DNA of 64,000 nucleotides from Candidatus Bathyarchaeota archaeon (GCA_963777155.1 CAVZPM010000037.1:35336-99335), one strand, 5' to 3'; shown: positions 1 to 11,624, counted from the first letter of the stretch. Program-made: numbers and translations. The notes: generated by a model not told the origin, from the letters alone.

Positions 1-1
1 G

Positions 2-208
2 GGCATCGTTGTTAAGGGTCAGATAACGATTGTTTATGACGATAGAAAAGAGACTGCTAAAGCGGGAGACGCCTACTATTTTCCGCCCAGTCACACAGGT
101 ATGGCTGAAGCAGGTACAGAGGTCTGGGAATTCAGCCCCAATGACAAACTGCAGAAAACCATGGAAGTAATAAACCGCAATATGGAAGCAATGATGGCAA
201 AGAAATAA
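2..208 (+). CDS. Cupin-domain protein, C-terminal part (truncated by window edge)
   Basis: Manual translation GIVVKGQITIVYDDRKETAKAGDAYYFPPSHTG...EFSP...KK*; cupin G-D-x-Y-x-P-P-x-H motif; resembles 5626..5973. Confidence 0.75.
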   Translation, partial: GIVVKGQITIVYDDRKETAKAGDAYYFPPSHTGMAEAGTEVWEFSPNDKLQKTMEVINRNMEAMMAKK

Positions 209-298
209 TGCAAGCCAAAATTTTTATCATTCAGTTGCTTTAGAAAGTCTTCGGATTTCATCTAACCTGAAATTTTAGCTGACTATACAATAGAGAAT

Positions 299-814
299 TT
301 AGTGTCTGATTTTCTCCCATTTGGCAAATATTTCCTTCTTGGCGACTTCTTCTTGTGTCTGCTTTTTCTTGGAATGAATATCTAAACTAATCATGAATAG
401 GAAAGGTGCTGACAAATAAAATCCTGCAACTATTGGGTTTTCAAGAAGGGTCGCTGCTCCTAATACCTGTTCGATTCGAATTCCTGCAATGGTTTGAAGG
501 ATATCGGCCATGAAAAAGGCTATCAAAGTTAGTGTTAGAACAACGGCATATTGAATGAGTGTACTTCTTTGTTTTCCTAATATAGCTGAAGGTATGACTG
601 ATGATAAGACGAAAATCCATGTGAAGGCGTAAACAAAGACTATTGTTTGAATATTTGAATTCAGCCATGAACCAACGTTTGGAGAGATCAGGCTGATATT
701 TGATGAAATTGACTTTGCTGCAGTGTCGGTGAAAAGCTGATAGGTGACAGTGAGAACCCATGATACACCGAGATATATTGGGGCTAACAATGTAGCTCTC
801 ATCGTCAATGCCAA
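299..814 (-). CDS. Hypothetical multi-pass membrane protein
   Basis: 171-aa ORF with about 4 hydrophobic segments and a basic C-terminus. Confidence 0.7.
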   Translation of the reverse strand: MALTMRATLLAPIYLGVSWVLTVTYQLFTDTAAKSISSNISLISPNVGSWLNSNIQTIVFVYAFTWIFVLSSVIPSAILGKQRSTLIQYAVVLTLTLIAFFMADILQTIAGIRIEQVLGAATLLENPIVAGFYLSAPFLFMISLDIHSKKKQTQEEVAKKEIFAKWEKIRH

Positions 815-981
815 GATTTAATATATTGTACAACCCCAATAAATATTTTGTGCACAAAACTTTTGTAATGTTGAAAGCAAGGAGAACGCTACCAAATGGC
901 TACAAAAACGCCATCAAACGATGCTTCAAAAAACGCAAAAAAATTAAAAAACAGTAGATAAAAAAAATGGCTCGATTTCAA

Positions 982-1284
982 CTATTCTTCTACACATTCC
1001 GAAATTTCTGGATTCCGGGTTAGTTCATCAAGAGATTTATTTAACAGTATATTGTCTCCGAATTGAGAAATTAGTGAGATAGGCAAGCATACAGTTGAAC
1101 TTCTGAATCTCTTTTTGAATCCAAGGTCCTCAGATGCTGGTTTTGAAAGCTTGATACGTAAATGAGTAACCTGCCAATTGATTGTGTTTATTTCTATTCC
1201 ATTAACATTGCCGAGGTCAAAACCACCTGCACAAATAACAAACATACCAGAAAGTTTATCAAAGTTCACCAAAAATACCGCCAT
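982..1284 (-). CDS. PRC-barrel domain protein
   Basis: L-x-G-x-x-V...G-x-x-LG-x-V-x-x-IEIN...W-x-V-x-x-L...LPISLISQFGDNILL pattern. Confidence 0.75.
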   Translation of the reverse strand: MAVFLVNFDKLSGMFVICAGGFDLGNVNGIEINTINWQVTHLRIKLSKPASEDLGFKKRFRSSTVCLPISLISQFGDNILLNKSLDELTRNPEISECVEE

Positions 1285-1536
1285 TCTAAAATAAACAAAA
1301 TCAGAGATTTAATTCTTTCTATGATTCACATATTGCCGGTTAAAAATTTTCCATCTTTCTTTTCTGTTAGCTGAACACTCTTTCTTTCTCTTAATTTCTA
1401 CCGCTAATTCCTACTACTCTCTCTAAGACAGACAATAAGCGAATGGATCAAGTCTTAAAAGCTAAATCCTCAAATAAAGAATCTGTTGGAACATTAGCAA
1501 AATGGCTAATAACGGCAATTAGCACGGACTTCTTAA

Positions 1537-1553
1537 AACTAAAAAAAGGGAAA
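1537..1553 (-). terminator. Oligo-T terminator downstream of beta-propeller gene
   Basis: Minus strand CCCTTTTTTTAGTTT; similar tract follows the paralogs at ~15191, ~18085 and ~54379. Confidence 0.6.
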
Positions 1554-1576
1554 GATAGTTTTGTTTGCTTCTTAAT

Positions 1577-4164
1577 TTATGGTTTTTTTCTGAGTATAAG
1601 CAACCCGACTATAGCTATTGCGACTATAATTGCAATGGTGCTGGCAGCGAAGTACATTTCAGTTGGAGGCAAAGATGTCACTGGATATGGAGATGCTGTT
1701 GGTGCTGGTTCTGTGGCAGTAAATGAGGTTTCAGCTGATGCTGCATAGTACGACTCAGAACCTGCAAAACTCGCAATCACTGTGTAATCGCCTGTTATAT
1801 CCGGTGTCCAAGTAAGAGTGAACATGCCGCTGGCATCGCTTGTGGTGGTGCCTATATTGCGGTAATTGCCGTTGGAGTCAATGACGTCGATTGAAACTGG
1901 AACACCGGTTGTGTTGTTGGGGCGTGGCTGCTGCATGTAAACGTACTCCATAAAGGTCTGTTGGCTTGCTTCAGAGACACATGGAAGACCATTATGGAAA
2001 CGCGCGGCTGAAACTTCTTGCGATGCACCTGCTGAAATGTCCATAACTGTACCTCTAATAGTGATTGGTGTCAAAGTGGTTACGCCAACGTCAGGGGCAG
2101 TAACGGTCATAGTGGTTGGGCCTTTGCCCCATGCATATAGCTGGTTGTCATAAGCGTTTAGTGTTACTGCGATGCCGTCTGAGATTGCGGGTGCGCTAGT
2201 AACGTCGAAAGCAGTTATGCTCCACACTACTGAGCCATCAGTGATATTGAGTGCCATTTGTTGTGCGTGGTGGAATAATGGTGGACTGTACATGTGACCC
2301 ACTGGCAGAAATAGCTTGCCGTCTGCAACCGTTCCAACGCTAAAAGTCCAAAATGGCCAAGTGCCATAAGGAGACTCATAACCGCTTGAGGGTGCATGGT
2401 ATTCCCAGTTAAAAGTGCCAGTTGCAAAGTCAATAGAGTAAGCATCGCCTCCATAAGTCCAAACGAAGAGTGTATCGTTAGCGGGACAGTACCGCATGCC
2501 AAGAGAACTGAATGGATTAACGTTTGGCAGTGGTTTTGGTCCCCATATCTTGTTTCCTGTGGTAAGACTGTAGCCAGAAGCTGTTAAAGTGGATGAATCA
2601 AGCTCTACCCAAACGCCATTACCCATAGTCTCAGCGCTAAGAGAAGCCTTGAATCTTCAACTTCGGTGTGATTAACTGGTCCCCAAAGTAAATGTCCGTC
2701 GACTGCACTGTAGCCTGCTGCAATGATCCAGCCTAGCTGGAAGACGCCAGATCCACCGCTTTGATATGTCATAAGTGCCACATCGTCGGAAACTCCGGTA
2801 AGGCTCAGAGATATAGGTTCGCCATTAATGGTGGTATTTATTGGCGCTGACCATTCTATGCCGTTATTGAATGCTAGTACTCCGTTTTGTGGTGGAGACC
2901 ATTGCCAACCGTTCGGATCGCCGGTGCCGCTTGTGCCCCGCATGATTGTTCTAGTAGAGTTCCACACAGTAAGCGAAGTTCGACCTTGACTGCTATTTGT
3001 ATAGTAGCCTATCAAACCGCCGTGTTCATCCTGAAGAATCTTTGTCAAACCAGTACCATTGACAATGCTAAGGATGTACTTGCCCGTCATAGCGTCATAC
3101 ATGCTATAGGTCGTTCCGGTCGAAGTAACTCCAGAAACAGATCCAGTTGCCCACAGGTATGCTCTAGCTCCGTATTCATTAGGTGATAAATAATTCATTA
3201 TTTGGCCGCATTTTAGAATTGTTGTGTAATCTTGGGTCCAAATTGTTTCACCAGTGTGCAAGTTTACTGCAGACCAGCCTGCTGGATTAGCAGTAGAACC
3301 CGGATACATAGTATAGTAGAGTACATCGTTGATGATTATTGGGGCGAACTTTGGTTGATACTGTGAAGTTGACCAGTAATTGCTTTGTTGAGAATTGCCG
3401 ACTTCTCCTCCCACTGTACCGCCGAAAGCTACAGGCTTAGTCCACATAATATGAGCACTGTTTGGCGCAGTAGTATAGGGCGCATAGTCTCCGTGAGAAT
3501 CATATTGTCCAGTGTTTGCAAATGTTGACACTCCAAGACCAAGCCAGTTGCCGCCTATGGCGTACCATAAATCATTGTTCTGAGCATAGATGGGACGAGT
3601 CCAATATTCGGTTGGAAGCTGAATGACAGGTGCATAGCTTATTGGTTCCTGCTGTACTGGCAAGGTGAATACATTGCTTTTGCTAGGTTCAAAGTAATCG
3701 CCGACAAATGGGTTAGTTGATGGTAATCCGTTAGGTGTATTTATCCCTAATAATGTGTTTCCGCCAAAGACCATCTGGAAAGTGTAATTGCCAACTACTG
3801 TAGGGGTGTAGACAGTGTGTGACCCTCCTGTGTCATCGGATGTGAATGGTCCTAATGTTTCAGTCGTTCCGTCTGGATGTGTGACTACTACAGTCATGTT
3901 TGACCATCTGTCCCCAGTGGCCATGGCAGCTGTTGGTGGGGGTGCATTAAGCCAAAGGTTGACGTTAACCTGTTGCCCAACCCCAATAGGGGAAGGAGCA
4001 ATATTGATGAAACTGTATGTCGGAATTGACCATGCTGGAGTGTGAGCGCTAGCACTTTGCAATAGTGTTATTGAAGCTCCCATTGAAATTGTTAAGATTG
4101 CAGCTATCATAATAGCCATTGATTTATTTTTTAGATTTAGCATTTTATTTTTCTTTCCTTTCAA
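1577..4164 (-). CDS. Secreted PQQ-type beta-propeller surface protein (paralog 1), frameshift near 2630
   Basis: ORFs 2605..4164 and 1577..2626 join to ~860 aa; signal peptide, repeated W-x-x/TG-x-x-W blades, conserved MEYVYMQQPRP-GVPV C-terminal domain, Thr/Pro linker, C-terminal TM plus RKKP. Confidence 0.85.
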
Positions 4165-4864
4165 TTTTATTTGCGTTGAGAAGAAGCATCATTAACGCCT
4201 TCTCTCAACTTACCTAGGTATATCTTCAGTTTAAGGTTAAATGCTTTGGTACCGTTCTTCTGGCAGTAAAAACAAAATATGACCTTTGCAATGAAAAAAT
4301 AAATTTCAATGATTCATGTTATTTAAATTCAGACACAATAGGAAAAGATAAGTGCTTTAATGGAATTTTCCTGCGTACTATTATGATATAAGTTTAGGCT
4401 TGGAAGTCTCGGAGACCAGTCTTTTTCTTCATTTCTGAGATACTTTGAAGAAAAAAGAGTTTGGGACTAGAAATATTGAAGTTCCAACTGAAACTAGTAG
4501 AATTGCTGCAAACAAAATAGTCAAAGTTTTTTTCATCTTTTCCATTCTTTGTACATGTCGTTTAAGGCAGGGTTCTCTAGGTAACTGTGAAAATGAACCA
4601 CAGCAACTGCAACGTCAACGTCCTGATAAAGCAAATCACTGGGCTATTACGCCTTGTGAGAACTTGATAGAAAACCTTGAAATACTGAATATGATAGAGC
4701 AGCCAATCAGTCAAAATTACGAGGCTAACAGTTGCTTGTCTAATAATTTTCTATGGGTTTGGGGGTTAAATTTTAATCCACCACCACCCCGATTACGTTG
4801 TGCATTCAGATTCTTAACAGATTTTATATTCCAAATAGCGAGTGCTTACTGTAGAGCGAGTCTG

Positions 4865-5227
4865 TTGATTAATACACAAAGACTATTTTCAGCAACTTTA
4901 ACTATCAAATTAGCTGTTGTTCTGCTCATAGAACAAATTATAGACCTGGTTAGCACTCAAATCAATTTGAGTTTTGGAAGTTACGAAGGAAACCCCATAT
5001 TGGCAGCACAATTTAATCAAACACATTCAGTTGTTCAGTTTTCGTTGATTGGAAAATTTGTTTTGCCTTTGCTGCTTTTTCCAATGATATACTTTGTTTT
5101 TGTCAACAAAAACAGTGCTCCCAAATTTGATGAATTTGTCAGCAGATTTCTAACAGCATCTATTTTTGCTATGGTAATTTTTTATGTAATCGTTATAAGT
5201 TGGAATATTTTCTTGATTAAATTCTAA
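4865..5227 (+). CDS. DUF5658-like small membrane protein
   Basis: IIDLVSTQINLSFGSYEGNPI motif (D-x-x-ST...EGNP) and 3 TM segments; the upstream part of ORF 4445 looks non-coding. Confidence 0.6.
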   Translation: MINTQRLFSATLTIKLAVVLLIEQIIDLVSTQINLSFGSYEGNPILAAQFNQTHSVVQFSLIGKFVLPLLLFPMIYFVFVNKNSAPKFDEFVSRFLTASIFAMVIFYVIVISWNIFLIKF

Positions 5228-5344
5228 TCCAACCAACCAATTTTTTACTTCATTAGCAGTTTGAGTTGGGGATTAATTATTAGTCCAAAAAAGAAAAGGA
5301 GATAAACTGTCGCTCAAGGACTATGGCGTTTGTTAAAGACTTTT

Positions 5345-5608
5345 TCAAAGAAGCTCTACTGCTTCTTGCCTCGGTATAGCTACAAGCGTTTCTGTGGATA
5401 CGAACTCCGCCACACCTAAGGAGAATTTTAACGCTTCCTTTTCGTTTGCTGCTTCAAATACAACAACTGTATCATAGCGTCCAAGTGTCCAATACCAGTT
5501 CAGAATGTTTATTCCCTTCTTCTTAAACTCCGCTACTTTTTCGGTGGCGTTACCAGCCGTTGTTTTGTCAGGCTTACTCCGCATTTTTCCTAGACTTACA
5601 AATATCAA
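5345..5608 (-). CDS. GYD-domain protein
   Basis: WYWTLGRYDTVVVFEA...TETLVA signature. Confidence 0.85.
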   Translation of the reverse strand: MIFVSLGKMRSKPDKTTAGNATEKVAEFKKKGINILNWYWTLGRYDTVVVFEAANEKEALKFSLGVAEFVSTETLVAIPRQEAVELL

Positions 5609-5625
5609 TAATTTTCACCTCAATT

Positions 5626-5973
5626 TCATTTCGGGTTTGTTTTAGTCGTGAACCAATAGAAAACTGCAGGTTCGTTTCCGATGGTCCAGCCATCATGCCC
5701 TGGCGGAATATCGACCACGTCGTCTGGGCCGAAATCCATTTCTTGACCATCGTCCGCTCTCACACGCAACCTACCTGAAACTAACACCCCGAAATGATGC
5801 ACTTGACACGAATCTGTTTTAGCGATAGGTTTAATATCTTTTGACCATTGCCAACCAGGTTGATAAGTCTGCTTTAAAACAGTCATATCGCCAATTGTGA
5901 TGTTCTCTGTCCTTACGTTAGGAGGTGTCTGAGTCGCATCAGGATTCTGAAAATTCTTTTTTTGTAGAACCAA
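5626..5973 (-). CDS. Cupin-domain protein
   Basis: PGWQWS...SCQVHHFGVLVSG...GPDDVVDIPPGHDGW. Confidence 0.85.
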   Translation of the reverse strand: MVLQKKNFQNPDATQTPPNVRTENITIGDMTVLKQTYQPGWQWSKDIKPIAKTDSCQVHHFGVLVSGRLRVRADDGQEMDFGPDDVVDIPPGHDGWTIGNEPAVFYWFTTKTNPK

Positions 5974-6020
5974 CTTTTTTCACCGACAGTTCTTATGGTT
6001 CTTTACGGTATTAAGGAAGA

Positions 6021-6042
6021 GTGGTTGTAAGATTACAGTCAC
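6021..6042 (-). promoter_or_regulatory. Palindromic operator copy 1 (GTGGTTGT-N6-ACAGTCAC)
   Basis: 5 bp upstream of minus-strand CTTAAT box for the cupin-GYD operon. Confidence 0.7.
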
Positions 6043-6044
6043 AA

Positions 6045-6099
6045 GAAGCACGTGCTTCAGAAACTTTAGTCAAGAAATCTTGACTTGATTTAGTCAAGA
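6045..6099. promoter_or_regulatory. Additional palindromic sites between divergent genes
   Basis: Perfect 14-bp palindrome GAAGCACGTGCTTC (6045-6058); AGTCAAGA-AA-TCTTGACT (6068-6085) plus a third AGTCAAGA (6092-6099). Confidence 0.55.
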
Positions 6100-6215
6100 G
6101 ATTTGTACGAGAAGTCTTTTATCGCCAAAAAAACTGATGGCTAGATTGGCGAACGAAATGCCTAACTTATCGAAATTATCAAATAACAAAATTACTCTGA
6201 AAAGGGACAGCTTTC

Positions 6216-8243
6216 TTGTTTGTTTTAGTTTCCACTTTGCTTCTATCAATTGCATTGGGTCTTAGCCCCAGTAGTGTACAAGGTCAATCTGAGCGTTTTA
6301 AAATATCAGGTTATGTCTTAGATTCAAACGGCCTTGGAATTGCAAAGGCAGACGTCATCTTTAATGTCCCCTCGATTGTTCCAGGTGTTTATACAGATAA
6401 TTCTGGTTACTACGAAACTTATGGTCCTTCAGGCACATACCACATTAACGTTTGGCCACCCTACGATTCAAACTACATTAACTATGACGAGGCAGGATTT
6501 ACAGTTGTTTCCGATGTCACAAAGAATATGACCTTGCAGACAGCCTTCAAAATCTCAGGTTACGTCATTGATTCCACGGGAACGCCGATGGTGGGAGCGG
6601 CGGTTTTGTTTAAAACCAGCAGTGGAGTTTATGGTTCAGGATATTTCACTAAAAGCTCAGGATATTACTTCATAAATGTAGCTGCTGGAACATATACAAT
6701 AGACGCTCACCCTCAAACTGCTTTCAACCCCAGCTATACAGGACAATGTACTCCTTTTCCAACCTACTATGAATACAACTTTGCAGTTGACGGAAACATG
6801 AACAAGAACATCACAGTAGGCGGCACCATACCGACTGCAACCCCTACACCAACAATCCCGCCTTCAAATGAAGCCAACCCTGATGATTGGTCAATGTATC
6901 GCCATGACGTTCAGCGGACAGGATCAACAACCTCCACAGCTTCTAACGGCAATTTACTTTGGCAATTCAATACTGGCGACAAAATCCGTTCCTCCCCTGC
7001 CATAGTTAATGGTGTTGTGTATGAAGGCTCAAACAACGGCATAGTCTACGCTTTAAATGCCGCTACCGGCTCGGTAATCTGGCAATATGATAGCGGCAGT
7101 CAAGTAGAGTCCTCAGCCGCCGTGGTTAATGGCGTTGTTTACGTTGGCATCTTGTGGGATGGTCACAATGGGTACGTTGTTGCCTTGAATGCCGACACTG
7201 GGTCATTGATTTGGCGATTTTCAACAAACAGTGGAATTGAGTCTTCTCCAACAGTGGTTAACGGTGTCGTTTACATCGGTTCGTATTATGGATACATCTA
7301 CGCTTTGAACGCAGCCAATGGCGCTCTAATATGGTCATATTTTACGGGTAGCTCCACCTTTTCTTCGCCCTCCATAGTTAACGGAGTACTCTACCAAGGT
7401 GCAGATAACGGTAACGTCTACGCCTTAAATGCAACCAATGGAGCATTAATATGGTCATTTCAAACTGGATCCCAAGTCTATTCTACCCCTGCCGTTGTCG
7501 ATAACGTCGTTTATGTTTGCTCTGACTCTGGCACCGTTTACGCTTTGAAGGCAAGTGATGGCTCAAAAATTTGGCAAGCTCCTATCGGCAGCGGCACCGA
7601 CCATGCTGATGATTCTCCAGCAGTCGCAAACGGCATAGTCTACATTGGTGCACGCAACGGCTACTACGCTTTAAACGCCACGGATGGCTCACAAATTTGG
7701 TTTTTCACATCGCCTTATTCGCAACGCCAACTTCAAGGCTACGTGTATTCATCCCCAGCAGTTTCGGGCAATGTGGTTTACTTTGGGTCATCTGACAGCT
7801 ATGTATTCGCTTTAGACGCCTTTAACGGCTCAATGATCTGGTCATATCGTACAGGGGGCTTTCTGTTTTCATCGCCCGCAGTCGCAAACGGTGTACTCTA
7901 CATAGGCTCATATGACGGCAACATCTATGCATTGGGTACTCCAACAAATTCACCAGCACCCATCTCTCAACCAACCCCAGCACCCACAACAACGCCTACT
8001 CCTGCACCGACAACTGATCCAACTCCCTCACCCACTCCTCAGCCAACAGTAAATCCAACTCCTACCCCAACAACAAACCAAGTGCCAGCTCTATTAATCG
8101 AAACTCAACCAACTGCAATGCCTAACCTTAGCGTTGAATCGAACAGAAACGAACCAGGTAACTTGTTTATATTGGGAGGCTTCATCGCGATAACAGCAAT
8201 CGCCTTGACATCATTATACGCAACTTACAAAAAAAGCGACTAA
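6216..8243 (+). CDS. Surface protein: two carboxypeptidase-regulatory-like Ig domains plus PQQ/BamB-like beta-propeller, PT-rich stalk, C-terminal TM
   Basis: Twice KISGYV-x-DS-x-G; many SSPAV-x-NG-x-VY-x-GS-x-DG-x-VYALNA-x-x-G-x-x-IW repeats; PTPAPT linker. Confidence 0.9.
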   Translation: MFVLVSTLLLSIALGLSPSSVQGQSERFKISGYVLDSNGLGIAKADVIFNVPSIVPGVYTDNSGYYETYGPSGTYHINVWPPYDSNYINYDEAGFTVVSDVTKNMTLQTAFKISGYVIDSTGTPMVGAAVLFKTSSGVYGSGYFTKSSGYYFINVAAGTYTIDAHPQTAFNPSYTGQCTPFPTYYEYNFAVDGNMNKNITVGGTIPTATPTPTIPPSNEANPDDWSMYRHDVQRTGSTTSTASNGNLLWQFNTGDKIRSSPAIVNGVVYEGSNNGIVYALNAATGSVIWQYDSGSQVESSAAVVNGVVYVGILWDGHNGYVVALNADTGSLIWRFSTNSGIESSPTVVNGVVYIGSYYGYIYALNAANGALIWSYFTGSSTFSSPSIVNGVLYQGADNGNVYALNATNGALIWSFQTGSQVYSTPAVVDNVVYVCSDSGTVYALKASDGSKIWQAPIGSGTDHADDSPAVANGIVYIGARNGYYALNATDGSQIWFFTSPYSQRQLQGYVYSSPAVSGNVVYFGSSDSYVFALDAFNGSMIWSYRTGGFLFSSPAVANGVLYIGSYDGNIYALGTPTNSPAPISQPTPAPTTTPTPAPTTDPTPSPTPQPTVNPTPTPTTNQVPALLIETQPTAMPNLSVESNRNEPGNLFILGGFIAITAIALTSLYATYKKSD

Positions 8244-8464
8244 ACCACACTTGATTAACTGAGGTCCTTCACTGATTTAACAACGAGGAATTTATCGTCA
8301 TCCTGGATGATTTTGACTACCTTCCAAAACGGCGAAGCCCTGAACAATTTGCCTAATCAAATTATTTCACCATAAAATTGTAAAATACTCTACTTTTTCT
8401 ACCCAGTTGTTTTTTCCCACAAAGCACTTATCTGAACAATTGGGAATACCATTACGGATGGAAG

Positions 8465-9070
8465 ATGACTGAGAACGGAGAATACTCGATCCACAACGAT
8501 TACGACAAAATAATCGGAGCAATCAACGAACTCAGGGAAATAGACGACGAGACAGCGAAAAAAATTAAAGGGTTTGTCTTGAAAATCAAAGCTATCGACA
8601 ACAGACTCAAGCCCACAATGAAGAAGCAAACGTTTGGCCAAAATGAACGAGAACTTTGGAAAACATACCAAAACCTCCAAGGAGAAAAACTGATCATCCT
8701 CGATCTATCCCACGAATGGGATTACATCGCAGAAACCTCACCCGGACTAACAAAGGAAGTCAGAGTCTTATTTCGCGATGCAATTGAAGAACTGGAAGAT
8801 CATGTAGCCATAATTGTAGAAACACTTAAAGCACATATTGATATACTCGAAATAAAAAACAGCCGCCAATTTGGTCTTCTGGCGCTGGTCGTTTCAATTA
8901 TTATCTCGTATGCTGCAGTCTGGGAGTACTTTGTGCGAGATATAATTGCTGGAGTAGAGTTTCCTTTTGGCTTAAGTCCAGACCTTAATTTTGCACTATC
9001 GATCATTGCGTTGGTTCCTATTTTCGTCATAGTGATCTGGGGATGGCGCCACCGACTAGTAGGAGACTAA
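8465..9070 (+). CDS. Hypothetical protein, helical N-terminus with two C-terminal TM helices
   Basis: 201-aa ORF, charged helical N-terminus, two hydrophobic segments. Confidence 0.65.
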   Translation: MTENGEYSIHNDYDKIIGAINELREIDDETAKKIKGFVLKIKAIDNRLKPTMKKQTFGQNERELWKTYQNLQGEKLIILDLSHEWDYIAETSPGLTKEVRVLFRDAIEELEDHVAIIVETLKAHIDILEIKNSRQFGLLALVVSIIISYAAVWEYFVRDIIAGVEFPFGLSPDLNFALSIIALVPIFVIVIWGWRHRLVGD

Positions 9071-9566
9071 TAAAACTGCAGCGCGCCTTCTGAATAGGGA
9101 AGCAGCTCAAAACATTGGCAAAAATGAAAAGGAAGTATCACCAACCGTACTTTGACCATAATTTAGCGACAAAGCGGCGAGCTGCTTAATCCAAAACCTT
9201 TTAACGCTTCACTTCCAACGAGGATGAATTAAAGGGACAAGAAATGAGCAAACTAGATTTAGTTTCAAAAAAGAAGAGGCAAATGTTGGAATAATTGCAG
9301 TTGCTTGAAGCGTAATAATTGTTGGCGCAGCTTCATCTTGTTGCTTAAGTAGCGCAAGTGAATACCCGACTCTGTCAAGTATGGCTGGCAGTGATTCAAA
9401 CGCATCAACAGGAGCCGCAATAACCTGTATGAGGATGGCTCAGCACTATTTGGCACACATGATGGCATATGGCACATAGTCAACGCAACAGCTTCGAAGT
9501 GCTCATATATTGGGCGTAGCAGGCTTCCGTCCAATAGCTTTGAGATCAGAATTACGAATAACGGTT

Positions 9567-9911
9567 TCACAGCAATGCCGAAACAGGAGACAGTGCAGAT
9601 TCAGCAATCACGGTCGTGGGTAACCTGCCAATTCCATAGCCGCCGCGTCCCCAGCATCCACCCCATCCACCGTATTGTTGTGGATTGGTGTAGCTTGGCG
9701 TGTAGAGCGTTGGCGTTTGCGTGTTAGTTTGAGTGATGGGAGCTAAGATTTGTGGCGCACTGTACTGAGGCGTACCTGGTGCGTTTCCGACTACCTGTGG
9801 AATGTATGGTGTTTGGGCACCCCATCCAAAGGCTAATGCCGTTGCCACTGTTGCGCCCACGGTTATGAGTGCTAAAGCCAATATTGCTCCAACTATTTTC
9901 AAAGTTTTCAT
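9567..9911 (-). CDS. Hypothetical secreted protein with Gly/Trp-rich motif (possibly truncated)
   Basis: MKTLKIVGAILALAL signal peptide, GGAGG SD upstream, YGGWGGCWGRGGYG. Confidence 0.55.
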   Translation of the reverse strand: MKTLKIVGAILALALITVGATVATALAFGWGAQTPYIPQVVGNAPGTPQYSAPQILAPITQTNTQTPTLYTPSYTNPQQYGGWGGCWGRGGYGIGRLPTTVIAESALSPVSALL

Positions 9912-10272
9912 TTTTTTATTTTTTCCTCCATTTTTTCTTGTTAATATTATACTATTCGAATGATATGATAGTTCGGTGAAACAGACGTGAAACAGTTTTG
10001 AAACGGTTTTTGGAACATGGTTTACGCCATATTCAACGTTGATTTCAGCCAAACAAGCACATAATTGCATATATTATAATATTCTAATGTTGCTTATAGG
10101 CATTGTGGACCGAGACAAGAAAAACAAGAAAACTCAACCGACTGGAAATTCAAACACATGAAAGAAAACAAAACGGGTTTTATGGGCACTTACCAGAAGC
10201 GACTCACATACCAATGCCCATGCCACTGCGGAAATTCGGGCATAAAGATGTCTGACCGATAGATTCGCGCCC

Positions 10273-11624
10273 TTAAATTGGTTGCCCTAATCCCAAAGCA
10301 ATAAATTTCATTTTCTTTCCGAAGACTTGAGGGTCATAAATTCTTCTGCCATCAATGAGAACTGGCTGCTTCATGTTTTTGATGAAGTTTTGCGGTGTTA
10401 GCGTTTTGAATTCGGGCCATTCTGTGACGACTATGCAGCAGTCCGCTTCTTTAAGGCAATCAATAGTTGAGCTGGCGTATTGGATTTTGTCTTTGAATAT
10501 GGTTTGAGCAGTTGGCATCGCTACTGGATCGTATGCTGTAACGTTTGCCCCTTCCTTAAGGAGCTGATTTATGATAGGGATGACTCGGGCTTCTCTCATG
10601 TCATCAGTGTCTGGTTTGAAAGCCAAACCCAATATCGCAATTCTCTTTCCTTCAAGAGCAGCCCAGTTGCTGCTTGCAAAATTTAACTGCTTTTAGGGGC
10701 TGCTTTTTATTCACAGCCTCAGTGGCATCCAAGAGCTCAGGGGTGTATCCGAAGGCTTTGGAGCAGGCAATCAACGCTTTTACGTCTTTAGGGAAACAGG
10801 AGCCTCCGTAACCTAAACCTGCATCAAGAAAAAGCGAGCCAATCCGCCTGTCAAGTCCCATGGCGGCTGCAACGACTTTGACGTCGGCTCCGGGGATTTT
10901 TTCACAAATGTTGGCAATGGTGTTTATGAAGCTGATTTTGGTTGCAAGCATGGCGTTGCTAGCGTACTTTATGAGTTCCGCCGTAGACAATGTTGTTCTG
11001 ATAATCGGTGGAACATGCCCAATATAGAAATCCCTGTAGAGGTCTTCTACCTTATCGCCTGATTGCTTATCAAATGAACCCACAACCACCCGGTCAGCAT
11101 TAACGGTATCCTGGAAAGCGGAGCCTTGCCGCAGAAACTCTGGGTTCATACAGAGCCCAAAATCGACACCGCATTTCTTCCTTGATTCTCGTCTCAAGTA
11201 CAGGTTTAACAACGTCCTGGGTTGTTCCCGGCACAACCGTGCTCTTAATTATTGTAACGTGATAGGTGTCTTTTTGTTTAAGCGCCTTGCCAATGTTGCT
11301 CGCGGCGGATTCAATGTATTGAAGGTCGATGCTGCCGTCTGGCCTGCTAGGAGTACCCACGGCAACAAAAGTCAAATCCGTCTCCCCAACTACACGGTCA
11401 GTTTGACCAACCACACCTTTGAGATTGCCTTTCGCAAGGCTTTCGGAAAGTTTTTCCTGCAAACCTGGCTCATGGAAAGGAGGAATGCCCTGATTGATTT
11501 TTTCTATCTTGGCTTCATCAACATCGCAGGCTAAAACATTGTAGCCTTTGCTTGCAAAACCCACAGCGGTGCATAAACCAACATACCCCGTGCCTATGAC
11601 AGATATTTTAGGTTGTTTCTTCAA
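10273..11624 (-). CDS. ugd: UDP-glucose/GDP-mannose 6-dehydrogenase, two frameshifts
   Basis: VIGTGYVG, IIKSTV, NPEFLRQG, GYGGSCFPKD, GLAFKPDTDDMRE, IDGRR motifs across three ORFs. Confidence 0.9.

Noticed and set aside
4445-4864. N-terminal 140 codons of ORF 4445..5227
   Set aside because: Composition looks non-coding; only the C-terminal membrane part has a recognisable motif.
6880-7940. Repeating DNA units (tacgctttaaatgc..., atttggt...) as a possible array
   Set aside because: They are the coding repeats of beta-propeller blades.
7960-8080. C/A-rich short repeats
   Set aside because: Encode the Pro/Thr stalk of the surface protein.
9265-9570. 101-aa minus-strand ORF
   Set aside because: No motif or SD; more likely remnant or spurious.
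10090-10262. Possible small Cys-containing ORF (...YQCPCHCG...)
   Set aside because: Start ambiguous and no convincing SD or family pattern.
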